Source: Hypanus sabinus
Taxonomy: Eukaryota
Direction: 5' to 3'
DNA length: 64,000 nt
NCBI RefSeq assembly: GCF_030144855.1
Contig: NC_082715.1
Coordinates: 34,782,001 to 34,846,000, forward strand
Shown one piece after another: positions 49,945-63,849 of this stretch. Below the pieces are notes generated by a model. It saw nothing but the letters and a program-made list of their open reading frames with translations, was not told where the DNA came from and did no database searches. Every line of letters starts with the position of its first letter. The first letter of the stretch is position 1. A program made the position numbers and the translations under genes.

Positions 49945-51285
49945 AGATCATCTGGCTGCAGTGTTCACTAAGATCTTTAACCTCTCACTTCAGCAATCTG
50001 AGGTACCCATCTGCTTCAAGCAGGCTTCAATTATATCATTGCCGAAGAAGAATGTGGTAACTTGCCTCAATGATTATCATCCAGTAGCACTTACATCCAG
50101 AGTGGTGAAGTGTTTTGAGAGGTTGATGATGAAACATATCAACTCCTGCCCAAGAAGTAACTTGGATCTGTCAAATTTGCCTACCAGAGTAACAGGTCCA
50201 TAGCAGATGTCATCTTACTGGTTCTCTTCTCAAACCTAGAACATGTAGACAAAAAAGATGAATACATCAGGATGACTACAGCTCAGCATTCAATACCATC
50301 ATCCCCTCAAAGCTAATCAATAAGCTTCAAGACCTTGGCCTCAATACAGCCTTGCGCAATTCAATCCTCAATTTTCTCACCTGCAGACCCCAGTCAGTGT
50401 GGATTAGTAACAACATCTCCTGCACAATCTCCATCAACACAGGTGCACTACAAGGCTGTATGCTTAGCTTCCTGCTCTACTCACTTTACACTTACGACAG
50501 TGTGGCTAAGCACAGTTCCAGTGCCATATTCAAATTTGCTGACAACACTTCTGTCAATGGCTGACTCGAAGGTGGTGACACATCAGCATACAGGAAGGAG
50601 GTTGAAAATCTAGCTGAGTGATGCCATTACAACAATCTCTTACTCCTTTTCAACAAGACCAAGGAGCTGATTATTGGCTTCAGGAGGAGGAAACCAGAGA
50701 TCTATTATTAACTTTAAGTGCCTCAGTGTTATTATTTTGGAGGACCTGTCCTGGGCCCAGCATGTAAGTGCAGTTATGAAGAAAACATCTCAGTGTCTCT
50801 ACTTCCTTAGGAGTTTGCAAAGATTTGCTATGAGATCTAAAACTCTGACAAACGCCTGTAGATGTGCAGTGGGGAGTATATTGACTGGCTGCATCACAGC
50901 CTGGCAGGGGAACACCAATGCCCTTGAATGGAAAATCCTACAAGAAGTGGTGGATATGCTACAGTCCATCACAGGTAAAGCCCTCCCCAACATTGAGCAC
51001 ATCTACATGATATGTTTTCACAGAAAAGCAGCATCCATCATCAGGAACACTATCACCCAGGACATGTTCTCTTCTCATTGTGCCACCAGGAAGAAGGTAC
51101 AGGAGCCTCAGGATTCACACCACCAGCTTCAGGAGTAGTTATTACCCCTCAACCATCAAACTCCTGATTCTATTATAATCATTATTCCATTGTGGATTAT
51201 TGAGTATGCCCACAAGAAAATGAATCTCAGGTTTATATATGGTGTGATATATGAACTTAGATAATTATTTTACTTTGTACTTCGG
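49945..51285 (+). mobile_element. Rex1/Babar-type LINE
   Basis: LNDYHPVALTS..KCFERL, GALQGC, FKFAD, SILTGCITAW. Confidence 0.88.
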
Positions 51286-51349
51286 AATAGTTAAAAATAG
51301 GAATCAAGCAAACTGATCCTAGGCAGCTGCAGAGATACAACATTTGTAA

Positions 51350-51765
51350 TGAACCATAGAATATTATTACAGCACAAAAACAGGCCTTTTGGCCTTTCTT
51401 GGCTGTGCTGAACCATTTTTCTGCCTAGTTTCACTGACCTGCACCTGGACCATACCCCTCCATACACCTCTCATCCATGTACCTGTCCAAGTTTTTCTGA
51501 AATGTTAAAAGTGAGTCCACATTTACCACTTCATCTGGCAGCTCATTCCACACTCCCACCACTCTCTGCGTGAAGCAGCCCCCCCCCCTCCCCCATGTTC
51601 CCTTTAAACTTTTCCCTCTTCACCCTTAACCCATGTCCTCTGGGTTTTTTTTCTCCCCTAACCTCAGTGGAAAAAGCCTGCTTGCATTCACTCTATCTAT
51701 ACCCATCATAATTTTATATACCTCTAACAAATCACCCCTCATTCTCCTACGCTCCAGGGAATAAT
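51350..51765 (-). mobile_element. CR1 3' end
   Basis: YSLERRRMRGDLLEVYKIM. Confidence 0.85.
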
Positions 51766-52419
51766 GCCACGTCAAGCATCCAAGAGCAAGGTTTAACTTT
51801 AACGAAACATTCATTATTTTGAGCAACAAATTCAGTTTATTTCCAGGTGTGTAGCTATCCCTTCATTATCGGCTCCATCCACTGGTAAATTAGTGCTTTC
51901 TGCAGGATGGTGTTGAATTACATTACAGAACATATTCCATCCATTAAAAGAACGTGTCATTTAGAAAAAGAAGATAAACATTCCCACTACAGTTAAGCGA
52001 ATGATCCAGACACTTAGGCTTATTCTCAGAAAGTACAGTACGGTATTCGTTAACGTTAGGCAGGGCAGCAATTCGGGAACTTCATCAGATTCAGATCCAA
52101 CTTGGGATAAGTCAGGGTCACGGTTCCACTTCCTTCTGTATAAATCTGTGAAAGTGGGAAATGGAGGTGATTGTATAAATTGTTACCTACTTAATATCGT
52201 CCATTTCACTCTTCCGCCAAGCCGCTTATAAAGGACGAAAACATGGCAAAATTTCAGAGCAGAACCGGACAGAAATTTGTATGGAAATATATAGGTCCAA
52301 GTGAATAGGATGAAAACTTAAGGAAGATAAAAAGAAAATCGGGAACTAAATTTAACTAATTTAACAAGGCATTAAAATCAAGAATCTAAGCTGTTCTTTA
52401 TTGCCTGCCGAGACCTGCC

Positions 52420-52748
52420 CTGAAAACCGTTCTTGTGCGCACTGACTCGCCACAACTGGGACAGGCAGTAACATGAAGGCGCTAGGACCTGGGCAGCTGG
52501 TGCTGCAATCCCTGCCGGAGTGAGACAGATAGGAGTCTGCACCGCACACACGCAGACGAGGAGCTGAGGAATAACTGGAGCTAAATACCCTCTGCGGTCT
52601 CCCGGCAACGGCCCTGACGCAGAAATCCCGGCTCTTTCCCAGGGACTCGTGCTGAGAAGAAGCTCTGGCCGCCGGCTGCAGGTAGTTGGTGCAATCAGAA
52701 AGGGGCAACATGGACCCTGGGCACCTCTCCTTCCCTCAGTAAAAGCAG
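52420..52748 (+). promoter_or_regulatory. CpG-rich putative promoter / non-coding first exon of FAM167A
   Basis: Local CpG/GC peak in unique DNA; donor CAG|gtgagc at 52748/52749; the FAM167A ATG exon has its own acceptor at 58173. Confidence 0.5.
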
Positions 52749-54954
52749 GTGAGCACACCTTCTGTCTCAGTGCATTCGGAGGGACGCCGGCTTTCTGGCT
52801 CTTGTGAACAGAATGGTAAATGTGAGAAATGAAGGGGTAGTCCGTTTGTTTCCGTATGCTTTTGTTTTAACCTGCCTAAACAAAACCTTTCCCGTTTTAC
52901 AGGATCTAAAGGAGGGGGCAGAGTGAAGGAGTGAGAATTTGCGGGCAGTTTCACCCATGAAACTGTCATACCACCAGATTCTGACATTTCTGATCCATGC
53001 CATGTGGGGGCTCACTACAAAGGATTGCCTCCCGCTTTTGCAATAATTGAATCTTAATATCAACCAGCACTCAAAACGAAATATATCTTTGCCAACCGTT
53101 TAAGATAGTATTAGCATGTGAGTACAAATATTTCCATGTTAAAGAAAACGAACAAGGACGATTCATGCCAGTCCTAAATCTTAATAATCTATTTGTACCT
53201 AGTTATAGATGTCTGATTGTAAAATTAGATTTAAGTACGTATACCATTCTGGAGGTAGAACATTCTGTACTTTAAGATTAGAAGAAAATGGCTAAAACGT
53301 TAAACAAAGATTTTGTTTTGCTTCATGGTAGAAGACACAATACAATAAACCAAAAATAGAGAGAAGCCAATGAACTTAATTGAGAAACTTGAAGTAATTA
53401 ACATTAGCAAAGTGCAAATAAATGCTCTGTAACTCATGATTTCTAAAAATCGCTGTATAAATTGGTGATGATCTTCAGGGGAAAAAAAATTCTGGGATTC
53501 TTGAATGATTCCAGTAGAATGAAAATCAGTAAACATAATGATGCTTTTCCGGAAAGAAAATAAACCAGAGTCTGACATCGGTTATCGGAAAGTGCTAGAA
53601 ATCGCTATACACAAGTGGTCACGGCTGTTTTAGAGCATTTTACTGTGTTTGGGTGGAGAAGGCATATTTCATAAAATGAAAATATTTTCATGTTTTGCTG
53701 CATCTGGCACCTTTAACGAGGAGGCCAATAAGTGCTGGGTGTTGTTCAAAAGTATTTAACAAATAAGGCTTGTGATTTGGAGTAGTAAGACCAGTGGACT
53801 GATTGGTAGAAAACAAAAGTATGAATAATGCATCATCCTTCGGTTGGCCCATTTTTGCCATATGAATCAGTCTACATGGAATTGGCCACAGTGAAAATCT
53901 GAAAAATGAAAGATAAGTAAGTTTGAGATTAACCCAGCTGTGAGAAAGATGTAGAGCTTGACGAACAAACTAGACAGAAACTTCTGTGGGAAGAAGATGG
54001 CATTTGGTGTATAATGTGATGAAAAGTAAGATTGTTCTTTTTAGAAAGAAGATTAGAAAAAAACATATTTTAGAAATCATGACAAGCTGTTAAATTGTTT
54101 AAAGAGGGATCTGAATGTGTTTACAAATGTATAGATAGGTAGGTGCCACAACAGCTGGGAAGGATGCTGGAACTCTGATGCAATGTTAGAACCTTGCTGT
54201 TTTTGTACAAAGCTTTACATGGAATCTTGTGTGCGGTTTCTTCTCTTACCCATGGAAAGATGTTGTTCCTTGTTGATGATACACTATAGATTAATTACTG
54301 AGATGGAAAGGTTGTTCTGAGGGGAGCAAAAGTGTGGGAATGCCCTTCACTCACTTGAATATAGACAAATAAGTAATGATCTCTGTTAAAAAAAATTCAT
54401 TAAGTGGAATACAGAGATTTATAAGCAGAAAATTGTTTTCATATACTGTATACCTTATTTCAAAAACAATCAATCAGTATTAGTGACTGTACCAGAAAAT
54501 ATTTAAAGTGATTACTTCTGTAGTGTATAAAATCGCGTAGAGGTCATTCAGTCCTTCTTACTTATACTAACCCCCCCCCCCCAGCTGGAACAATTTGACT
54601 ATTTTTCTGCCTTTTCACTCTTTCTTTTCATACTATTTAAATGTAAATCCTTGTCTAATTGCCTTTTGAGAATCATTCTATTTTACCATTTGTGAAAATG
54701 GAATTAAAAATGTTCCAGGGTCTTTTTCTGTCTGTTATATATGATGTTGATTGAAGCGCCTGGCTAATTCAGGTCTAGACACACATTATGAATGAAGGTG
54801 AGGAACTGAAGCAATGTGAAGCACAGATTGCAGATCCCTTCGGGAAACAAATTGGCGAGAAACCTCAATTTATTATTTGAGAGCAAAATTGACACATGTT
54901 GGAACTCTGAAGTAAAAGCAAGAAGTGCTGAAAATACTCAGGAGTGTTCCTGTC

Positions 54955-55500
54955 TGCACATATGGCATTCTTGCCTTCATTGGTCAGGCTTTTAAGCATA
55001 AGAATAATAGAGTTATTCTGCAGCTATATAAACTTTAGTCAGACTTCACTTGGAGTGTACTGTTAATTCTGGTCATAGGAAAGATGTGGAGAGGGTGCAG
55101 AAGAGTCTGTCTGGTATAACTGGTCAGAGCTACGGGTATAAGGAATGATAGGACAGACTCCCTAGATCTTCAGAGGTTGATGGGAGACCTAACAGAGGTT
55201 TTTTTTTTACGAATTACGAGAGGCATGAATAATGTAGACAGAATTCTCCCCCCCCCCCCCCGGATGGAAATGGCAAAACTAGAGGGCGTACTTTTAATGT
55301 TAGAGGAGGGAAGTTTAAAGGTGATGTGCGGGGTAAGTTTTTAAGCAGAGAATGGTAGATGTTTAGAGTGGGTTTCCAAGTTTAGAAGTGAAATTGGGAA
55401 GTTTTGGTTGAATTTAAGAGACTTTTAGATAGTCGTAAGAATATGAAGGGCCTGGAGGAATATGAATGATACACAGGAAGAGGATATGTAATATAAGTTG
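54955..55500 (+). mobile_element. CR1 3' fragment, decayed
   Basis: Similarity to other CR1 RT C-termini. Confidence 0.7.
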
Positions 55501-55519
55501 GCATCAAGATAGGCTGTAG

Positions 55520-55912
55520 GTAGTTTGAAAGAGGGGATAAAGAAGCCATATATGTCAATCTGGAAAACCCATCCCTGAACAGAGGGGGTGGGGTACGACA
55601 CCAGCTATCAGCTACTTACAATGCAGTTCTAACATCTCTACACCAGCGTCTCCACAACAGTTCACACCTCCTTTCATGCAAAGATGAGACTAATGACCCT
55701 CTCATTACCTCTACGACTCTTAACACAACCCTCATGTGATTGCTGTACCATTAAACAAGTCACAGAGTTTATAAGCCAGAAAACTACCCGCCATGGATCA
55801 GAGCTGAAGGAGCCTCTCAGATGAGTGGCGAAACATCTTCTAGACAACCAGCAAGTCCAGTTATCTTGATTTACTGCTGAATGACCTGGATGACTGAGAA
55901 CTTTCATAGACA
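55520..55912 (+). mobile_element. Penelope-like element (second family) 3' end with degenerate hammerhead
   Basis: FERGDKEAIYVNLENPSLNRGGGVRHQLSATYNAVL (GIY-YIG C-terminal region); gag-CTGAAGGA-gcctctcagatgagtggc-GAAA-ca-TC-ttc at 55801-55840. Confidence 0.8.
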
Positions 55913-56129
55913 AGTGAGGACATAATTAGTGCATTAGACTGGTAGGAGTGGATGCCATTCAATATGCAAAAGCATGAAATAACATTTTTCAGATCAAAAA
56001 TATTAAAAATGATACTGTAAAGGGTAATACCCCCAACAGAGGACAGACTAAATAAATCAAAGATAAATGTTTACAAATTTTAAACTGATTAAGCCACTAA
56101 AATTCAACAAACCAAGGTCTATCAGCAAA

Positions 56130-56332
56130 TCATAAGCACAAGAAAGTCTGCTGAGGCTGGAAATCCTGAATAACACACAAAATGCTGGAGGAACTCAGCA
56201 GGTCAGGAAATGAATAAATAGTTTTGGGCCGAGACCCCTCTTCAGGACTGAAAAGGAAGGGGGAAGATGGCAGAATGAAAGGTGGGGGGAGGGGAAGGAG
56301 GCTAGCTAGAAGGTGATGGGTGAAGGCAGGTA
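56130..56332 (-). mobile_element. Penelope-derived terminus with decayed hammerhead
   Basis: Minus strand cagtcctgaagaggggtctcggcccaaaac. Confidence 0.75.
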
Positions 56333-58059
56333 TAATCAACCTCTTAACCAGTGACCTCCAATCCTAACCTGAGCACCTCTGTTTTCAGTGGACTAATGGA
56401 AGCCTATTAAAAGCCTACTTAAAACTGAACCTGCGCTAAGTACAGGAGTATCTGAAGCAAAGGGGCTATCTTCAGCCGATTTCAGGCGTGGGTTGACAGC
56501 AGACAGTCCCGCAAGTCTCATTCCAGATAATGGATAATATTTAATTGCAGAACAAAGAATTATATGGCAGGCAAACTAGATAGTCAAATAGTGGCCATCT
56601 GTTAGAAAAGTAATCAAAAGTGAATGATGCTTTTGTTCTCCAAGGAGCTTGGTCGTTGCAACACCCAATTCTGTAACTCTGACTGCATGATTCCTCCAAT
56701 CACTAACAGGGTTCGGGGAGCTATTGCCAATGGAAAGCTGATATTGAAGCAGCATTATCAGAACAGGTTTGAAAGATAATTCGGCTGCCCTAGAAAATAT
56801 GGGATTCCACTTTAGGGAGAGGCTCAGGACCAACCCCACCACAACCGCTAAAAACTGTTGCTGAAGTTTATCTGCCAGTCATTCACAAATCATTCCTCAC
56901 CCTCAAATTTATTGAAGCTATGCTCAAGAGATTCAGTGGCAGATTAATTATCTATGCACGCTAAGCATTTAAAACTTTCTCTGTACTTTGTCACCTTGCC
57001 TTAAGCTACCAGGTGAATGTATTGTTCACAACCTTACAGGTGGAATATTATTACAAATCACCGTTCAGCAAGAAAGGAATCTAGAAGATGTTGGCCACCT
57101 TTAGTTGTCGAGTATTAAATCTGCTTTATGCTTCCTCATGAGTTTTCTTGCTAACAGGTAAATGATGAAAAACCCCAGCTGAGATGAAAGGTCTTTTTCT
57201 CAATCCTACATCGAAGTTACATCAGCTAATTAACAAAACACCCCAATAAGTCCCAGTGATGATCTTGTTAATGTATTCTTCTCTTTACATGATTTAAAAT
57301 AAAACTTCATTTATTTCTAAATTCCGCCAACTTGTTCTCTTTTAAGTATTCCTACATTTGTCACTGGAAATTTCCTTGGCGACTCTCAATTGTCCAGCAA
57401 GTCCGGATAGTCATTAATCAGAGCTTCTGTTGACCTTTAGATAAAGTCAGTGTGCTTAATGGGAGGGTGCTCAAGTAAATTCCTGGCATCCATAAACGTC
57501 CTGGTGTTTTTTATTCCAACGTAATGGCATCACAGCTTCCTGGCAGGAATACTCAGCCACATGGAAGGCATTTGCTGCCCGTAGAGCCCAGGTTTGCTAT
57601 TGCAATCACATCAACAATGACAGGTGGTAAACAAGTGTGCTGAGTCAAACAACAGAATATTCAGTTTACTGTTAGGACTATTACAATGATGAATGAATTC
57701 TGTCCACGGTGGATTTTGTTGTTCGGTTAAGACAGGCAACCTGCAGCTGAGTGTTTGTGTGCTGAGTCTGTGGCCTGCTGGGCACTAAAGGAAGCAGGCA
57801 GAAACAGCAGCCATCTGTGTGTAGGTTCAAAAATTGGAATGTGTTTCCATTACTCATGACTATCAGAACTTGATGTCAGAAAACAATCTTCAAAAACGGA
57901 AAGGTGTCACTATAAAAAAGGTTATGTTATTTAACATCTTTAGATTTTTTGAGTTTTCTTTATATTGAGCATTATAAAAATATTTATACACTGAATGATC
58001 ATTATTAATGCTATATTTTATGATTCTTTACAATCCAATTAAAATTAGTTCTTAAGGTA

Positions 58060-58149
58060 ATCTTGCTTACTTCAATAATAATCCCATAAATTGAGGAATT
58101 TTAACGTTGGAACTTCTGAAATGTCTTAATGAGTTAGTTTTTTAAAAAA
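58060..58149 (+). repeat. Approximately 90-bp direct repeat, copy 1 (copy 2 at 59344-59434)
   Basis: Alignment by eye, about 11 substitutions. Confidence 0.85.
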
Positions 58150-58201
58150 GTGAGGTTCTGTTCTCTGTTACAGATAACAGCTACGCTGTAAATAAGGCAC
58201 A

Positions 58202-58564
58202 ATGGCCTCCTGGTCTGTGCCAAAACTTGAAGTAAGTCTTTTCGAAGACGAACAGGACAACCCAGAGAGTCAGACTGATGATCACCTGAGGAGTTTAAAA
58301 GCACTGACCCAGAAACTGAGGCTTGAAACCAGGAGGCCTTCTTACCTAGAGTGGAAAGCCAATCTGGAAGGGAAAGACTGGAAAAGCACAAAGCCATTGG
58401 ATGACCCAGATGACCCAAAGAAGCCCAGTGAGGACCCCAGCAACTTCAAGCAAGCACAAAAGCAACTCAGTGAGAATTCTGACAAGGATAGGAGCTTGAC
58501 TCCAGGGAAATTCAGTGACTTTGAAAATATTGACCAGGCATTGAACTGGCTCAGGAAGGAATTG
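58202..58564 (+). CDS. FAM167A: FAM167A coding exon 1 (121 codons)
   Basis: SVP..DDHLRSLKALTQKLRLETRRPSYLEW..IDQALNWLRKEL; acceptor ctctgttacag|58174; donor TTG|gtaagc, phase 0. Confidence 0.9.
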
Positions 58565-59542
58565 GTAAGCTTAAATACATTCTCTTTCATTTTCCTTTTC
58601 TGTTTCTCCTCAAGGTTATTTATTACTGAAATTTGAATAATACTTGGGCAAATTGATTTTCTTACTTTTTTTTTGTAAATGGCAAACTCCAAATGTTGGC
58701 AGTTTAAATTTTTACCTGAACAACTTGTTTACTGTGAGATCAACTGTAAAGCAGGCTTCTGTGTCTTGGGCATAATGCACGTGCCTTAAGCCAGCTCAGG
58801 ATTCAATCCCCGCTTTAAAATAAAGCTCACTTTGCCGAAGAGATATCACATCAAAGGTGCTTATCCAGTGGCATCATGGAAGGGATGATAGTTTTAACAG
58901 AGTGTCACCACACACTCTCACACACCTTGTGATCAAGAGCAGTTCTTTTCACAGCAATTGATTGCTACTGGCAATAGCCATTTCTTTAAAGCACAATACT
59001 GTCAATTACCAAAAGGGGAAGTGGATAAAGTTTTAACCCACGGGGAAATAGAGTTACAGGATTACAGGAAGGCAATATGAGGCCAGTGATGAGAACAGCT
59101 GTGATCATACTGAATGGGTGAAGACTCCAGGGCCATCTAACCTGATCCTCCTCTTTATTTACCTGAAAATTTACACAATAAATGCAAACCATTTAGTAGA
59201 AAGAAGGTGTCTTTCTCCCGGACAGAGCTGTGATCTTTTATTTGCTGATATTAGCTATCTTATTTTATTGCAGTTGTGGGGGCTGAATTATTTTTATATT
59301 CAGTTTTTAGTCACCTTCATTTTCTTCAACCACCCCCTTTGTCATCTTGTTTATTTCAATAATAATCTCATAAACTGAAGAATTTTAATATTGGAACTTC
59401 TGAAACGTCTTAACAAATTAGTTTTTTCAAAAAACTACTATCTCTTCATATCTTTGACTGGTGCTAGGGAAAGTTGAGAGAGAAGCTGCAATTATGATGC
59501 TTGTGAAGGGGAAAAACAGAATAATATTTGAAAGCTAGAACT

Positions 59543-59785
59543 TGGGGCAGCACAGTCACGTAGTGATTAACATAACGCTCTAACAGCGCCAACGATGCTG
59601 GTTCATTTCATCCTGCTGTTTGTGAGGAGTTTGCACACGCTCACTGTGACTGTGTGGATTTCCTCCCACATCCCAAAGACATATGGGGTTAGGGGGTTTA
59701 TTTTTCACACAGGCGTAATTGGGCAGCATGGGCTCGTTCAACTGTAAGGGCCTGACATTGTGCTGTATCCCTGAATGAAAATAAA
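59543..59785 (+). mobile_element. V-SINE (HE1-like) in the FAM167A intron
   Basis: tRNA-like head ggggcagcacag..; ttcctcccacatcccaaagac core; aataaa tail. Confidence 0.65.
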
Positions 59786-60097
59786 AGCTGGTGGTAGGTG
59801 ACAAGAGTAGCAATGGCTAACTCTGACAAGTGAAAAATCAAAAATGAAGAAAGAAAAAAGTATTGAGAGCGAAGAAAGTATCCGTAAAGCACATAGAAGT
59901 ACACCATTTAGAATCGCAGCCTTCTGTACAGTATACCGGAGCATTGACCATTAACATCACATCTGTCGGTTACAATCAGATATCAACAAACGACTGAAAT
60001 GGGTAGCAATATAACTGAGTTTGCATATTATACTGATGCAAATTTTAGTCTAAAGTAATACATCCTATTTAATGACATCGTTAATTTGACATTGTAA

Positions 60098-60330
60098 TTA
60101 GTTTCTGTGGAATTCTTTGCCACAGGCAGCTGCGGAAGCCAAGTCTTTGTGAATATTTAAGGGAGAGGTTAATAGATTCTTGATTGGTTGGGGCATGAGA
60201 GGACAAAGGGAGAAGGTAGGAGATTGGGACTGAGAGGTAAAATGGATCAGCCATAATGAAATGGCAGAGCAGACTCGATGGGCCAAATGGCCTAATTCTG
60301 TTCCAATATCTTATTGTTTATGGTCTTATT
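60098..60330 (+). mobile_element. CR1 3' end in the FAM167A intron
   Basis: Matches 17575-17790. Confidence 0.85.
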
Positions 60331-60939
60331 TGATTACATTTTTGGTAATAGACAGTAAATACAATTGCAATTCAGTTACATTCCTAAAGTTAAATATCTA
60401 AAAAGATAAGTTGTTGATCTGTGAAACTTAGTTATCTTCACCAACAAGAAGTCAGCTAGACAGAGAGGCATGGAACAAGAAATCAATGCTTTTAAGAAGG
60501 TATTTGCTACGAAGCAATTGTTTGCTGAGTGAATAATATCGGTGGGCTAGGCAAGAAGGTTTCACGTTGTTATAATTACTCCGGCTTCAATTCCATCTGT
60601 CCTTAAATTTGACATAAGAAAATATACAAAGGCCATCAGCCTTTTTTTGATGACATATTTATTAAGAGTGAAAAGTTAAATTATTTCTGGGCATACTTAC
60701 CAATTTTTTTTGTCAGTTACTGCATGTAAACTAGAATTTACTATGTAAATTATGGAAAATCTTCAACCCCCCTCAGACCTGTCTTCAGTGATGTAGTGTA
60801 ACTATGCTATCGTGGCAGCTAACATTGTAATGACTGTTTTGCCAAGTACACCAAGCCAGAAAATGTGCCTGTTTCCTAATGCAGTATTGATGTGTTTTTG
60901 CTGCTTGTTACAATAATAATCCACAGAGTTTTTGTTTAA

Positions 60940-61218
<279 letters not shown>

Positions 61219-61587
61219 GAGCACCGTGTATTGTTTAACTGTGTTTAACAGCTGAATAAGACTGAATAGTTTTACCTTTTCTGATTCTTTCCCCAATGTT
61301 TTGCTTTCCCCTTTACTCTATTTCCCCGTTTCCTCCAAGCTTCTCCCGATGACAGCAATTCTTGGTGTGGTATTTCTCCGTGAGTAACAGGAATGACCTT
61401 TGCAGGGTGAGTATCAGCAGGTTACGTGGTTCAGTCCTCTCCTTGTAATCGAGGTGCAGATCAGAAACATGGGGAGCTCAAAAAGATTATCATACTCTTT
61501 TTATCCAGGCATGCTACAGAAAGTCACTTTGCCTTATTTGGGGATCCCTTGATCAAACACAGGACTCTGTTGGTCATCAGACCTGAC

Positions 61588-61668
61588 GAGAGTTTCCCAA
61601 CCTAAGGTTCATGGACCCCTTGCTGAATGGGATTGGTCAATGGCATAAAAAAGGGTTGCGAACCCCTG
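61588..61668. mobile_element. Approximately 80-bp hAT-type MITE downstream of the FAM167A stop
   Basis: Inverted relative of 49117-49198; ggttgcgaacccctg end. Confidence 0.55.
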
Positions 61669-62799
61669 GTCTAAAAGCACTTTGACTTCAATGGGGCACC
61701 ACCGAGGATTCTTCTCAACTTCAGCAACTTAGGAAATCATGTGTTATACTTCCTCCCTTTAGTTGTTACCAATTCCTGTCAGCTGGAAAGGTTACCTGCC
61801 GTGACCAATGCTGTGCCACTACCACTGGAAAATAATTCACCCAACCTGAGACTGTCAATCCAGTTACAAAAACAGAACATTCTGGAGCCACTCTGTGCAT
61901 CAGGCAGCATCTGCGGAAAGATACTCTTCAAATCAGACCCGGGAAGAGGGAAAAACAAATTTGCTTTAATTTGCAGAGAAGGCAAGGAGAGCGGGGTAAA
62001 TGGAGTAAAATAAGTATCTGTGATTGGCTGACACTGGAAAACTCAAATGCAGATTCGGTGAACACTCTGTGGAATATCTGTATTCGGTCCACAGGCGTAA
62101 TCCTCGGTTTCCTGTTGTGTGGCACTATTGCCTGTGGTTTTCTGCACTATTTGGAGCAAGGCCCACTGGAAAATTAGAACAACACCTCAGCTCTGGAACG
62201 TGCACACTGGGTAGCCTTTCACACTCAGTATCGAATTGCTTAATTGTAGGTAGCTTGCTTTCACTGTCCACATCAGAACCGCTATTTCTGTTCTAAGTCA
62301 TCAATCAGTGACAATGGCTCCATTTCTCCTCTCTCCATGGTCACCTCCTGACTTGCTGAGCATGTCCAACAAACCTGCAACATTTTATTCTCCATTGCTT
62401 GTCCTGTCACTGTCTGACTACTGCCATTAACTGACTGGCCATTACTCATCTCCATGGCAACCCTGACCTCACCCTTTCACAATTATTCTCTTACTTCTAT
62501 CTATTCCCACCCCCATGTGCCACTGCAACTTCAGACCTGTGTTTCTCTATTTCCTGGTCCTCGGGTAGGGCATTGGACCTGAAATGTTAATCCTGTTCAT
62601 AATTTCACCGATTCTGCCTGACTTTTCGAGTGATTCAGCAGTTTCTGTTTTTATTTTAGATTCCCCATATTTGCATTTTTCCATTATCCAGTTTGTTATT
62701 GTTTCAGCTACATTTGCCTCTCAATTAAGGTATAGGACACCTAAAGGCAGCTGAAGCGCCACCAGTGCCTTATGAAGCCTTACTTTTATAAGGCCTTAC

Positions 62800-63370
62800 C
62801 AGTGCTGAAGCTTTATAACGTACTGGTGAAGCTTCACGAAGCGTTGTTAGCAGTTTTGGACCCCTTATTAAAAAAGGATGTGCTGACAGTGGAGACGGTT
62901 CAGAGGAGGTCACGAGAATGATTCTGGTTTATCGTATGAGGAGCCATTCATGGCTCTGGGCCTTTACTTGCTGGAATTAAGAAGAATGAAGGGGGATCCC
63001 ATTGAATCCTATCATGCTGAAAGGTCTGGATAGAGTGGATGTGGAGAGGATGTTTCCTTTGGTGGGGGGTTTAAGACCAGAGGGCACAGCATTAGCATAG
63101 AGAGGGGCATCCATTTAGAACAGAGATGAGGAGGAATTTCTGTACCAGAAGATGGAGAATCTGTGGAATTTGTTGCCTCAGGTGGCTGTGGAGGCCAGGT
63201 CACTGGGTGTATTTCAGACAGAGGTTGATAGGTTCTTGATTAGTCATGGCGTGAAAGGTTACAGGGAGGAGGCAGGAGAATAGGGTTGAGAGGGAAATGG
63301 ATCAGCCATGATAAACAGGGGAGCAGACTCAATGGGCAGAATGGTCTAATTTTGCTGCAATGTCTTGATA
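62800..63370 (+). mobile_element. CR1 3' fragment
   Basis: Matches 17220-17790. Confidence 0.85.
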
Positions 63371-63849
63371 TCCATGAAGAGTTAGGCTTTTAGTGAGCAT
63401 GTAGCCAGTGGGACAAATCCTAATGAATTGTTGCATTTTGAAGATTCTGATGCCCCATCCTATATGAGTCTCCTTTGAAATTCTTGCAGAGTTGTTCATA
63501 TCTCTCCTCCACTGATAGGAGAAACACGGCTTGGAAACTGGGTAACATAGTGCTTTATTTTCCACCGGTATTCAAACCGAGGTTTGAATCAGTTCAAAGT
63601 TCCAAACATTTCCAGGTTAAGTCATGGCAGTTCATGAACATGGATTCAACACTTCTTGTTGTTAAGTCAACCTTACAACCCCAACGCAAGTTCCACACCA
63701 TGTCCCCGTGACCTATTGAAATGGCAGGCAAACCCTGGACTTCTTGTCTTGAGTGAGCTTGTCATAGGGGTACACAGACCCAGGGGGCCTTGAGTTAAAA
63801 TATATAACCCACTCCTCAGATTACCCTCAAAGCCTACAATGTTAGCCCA

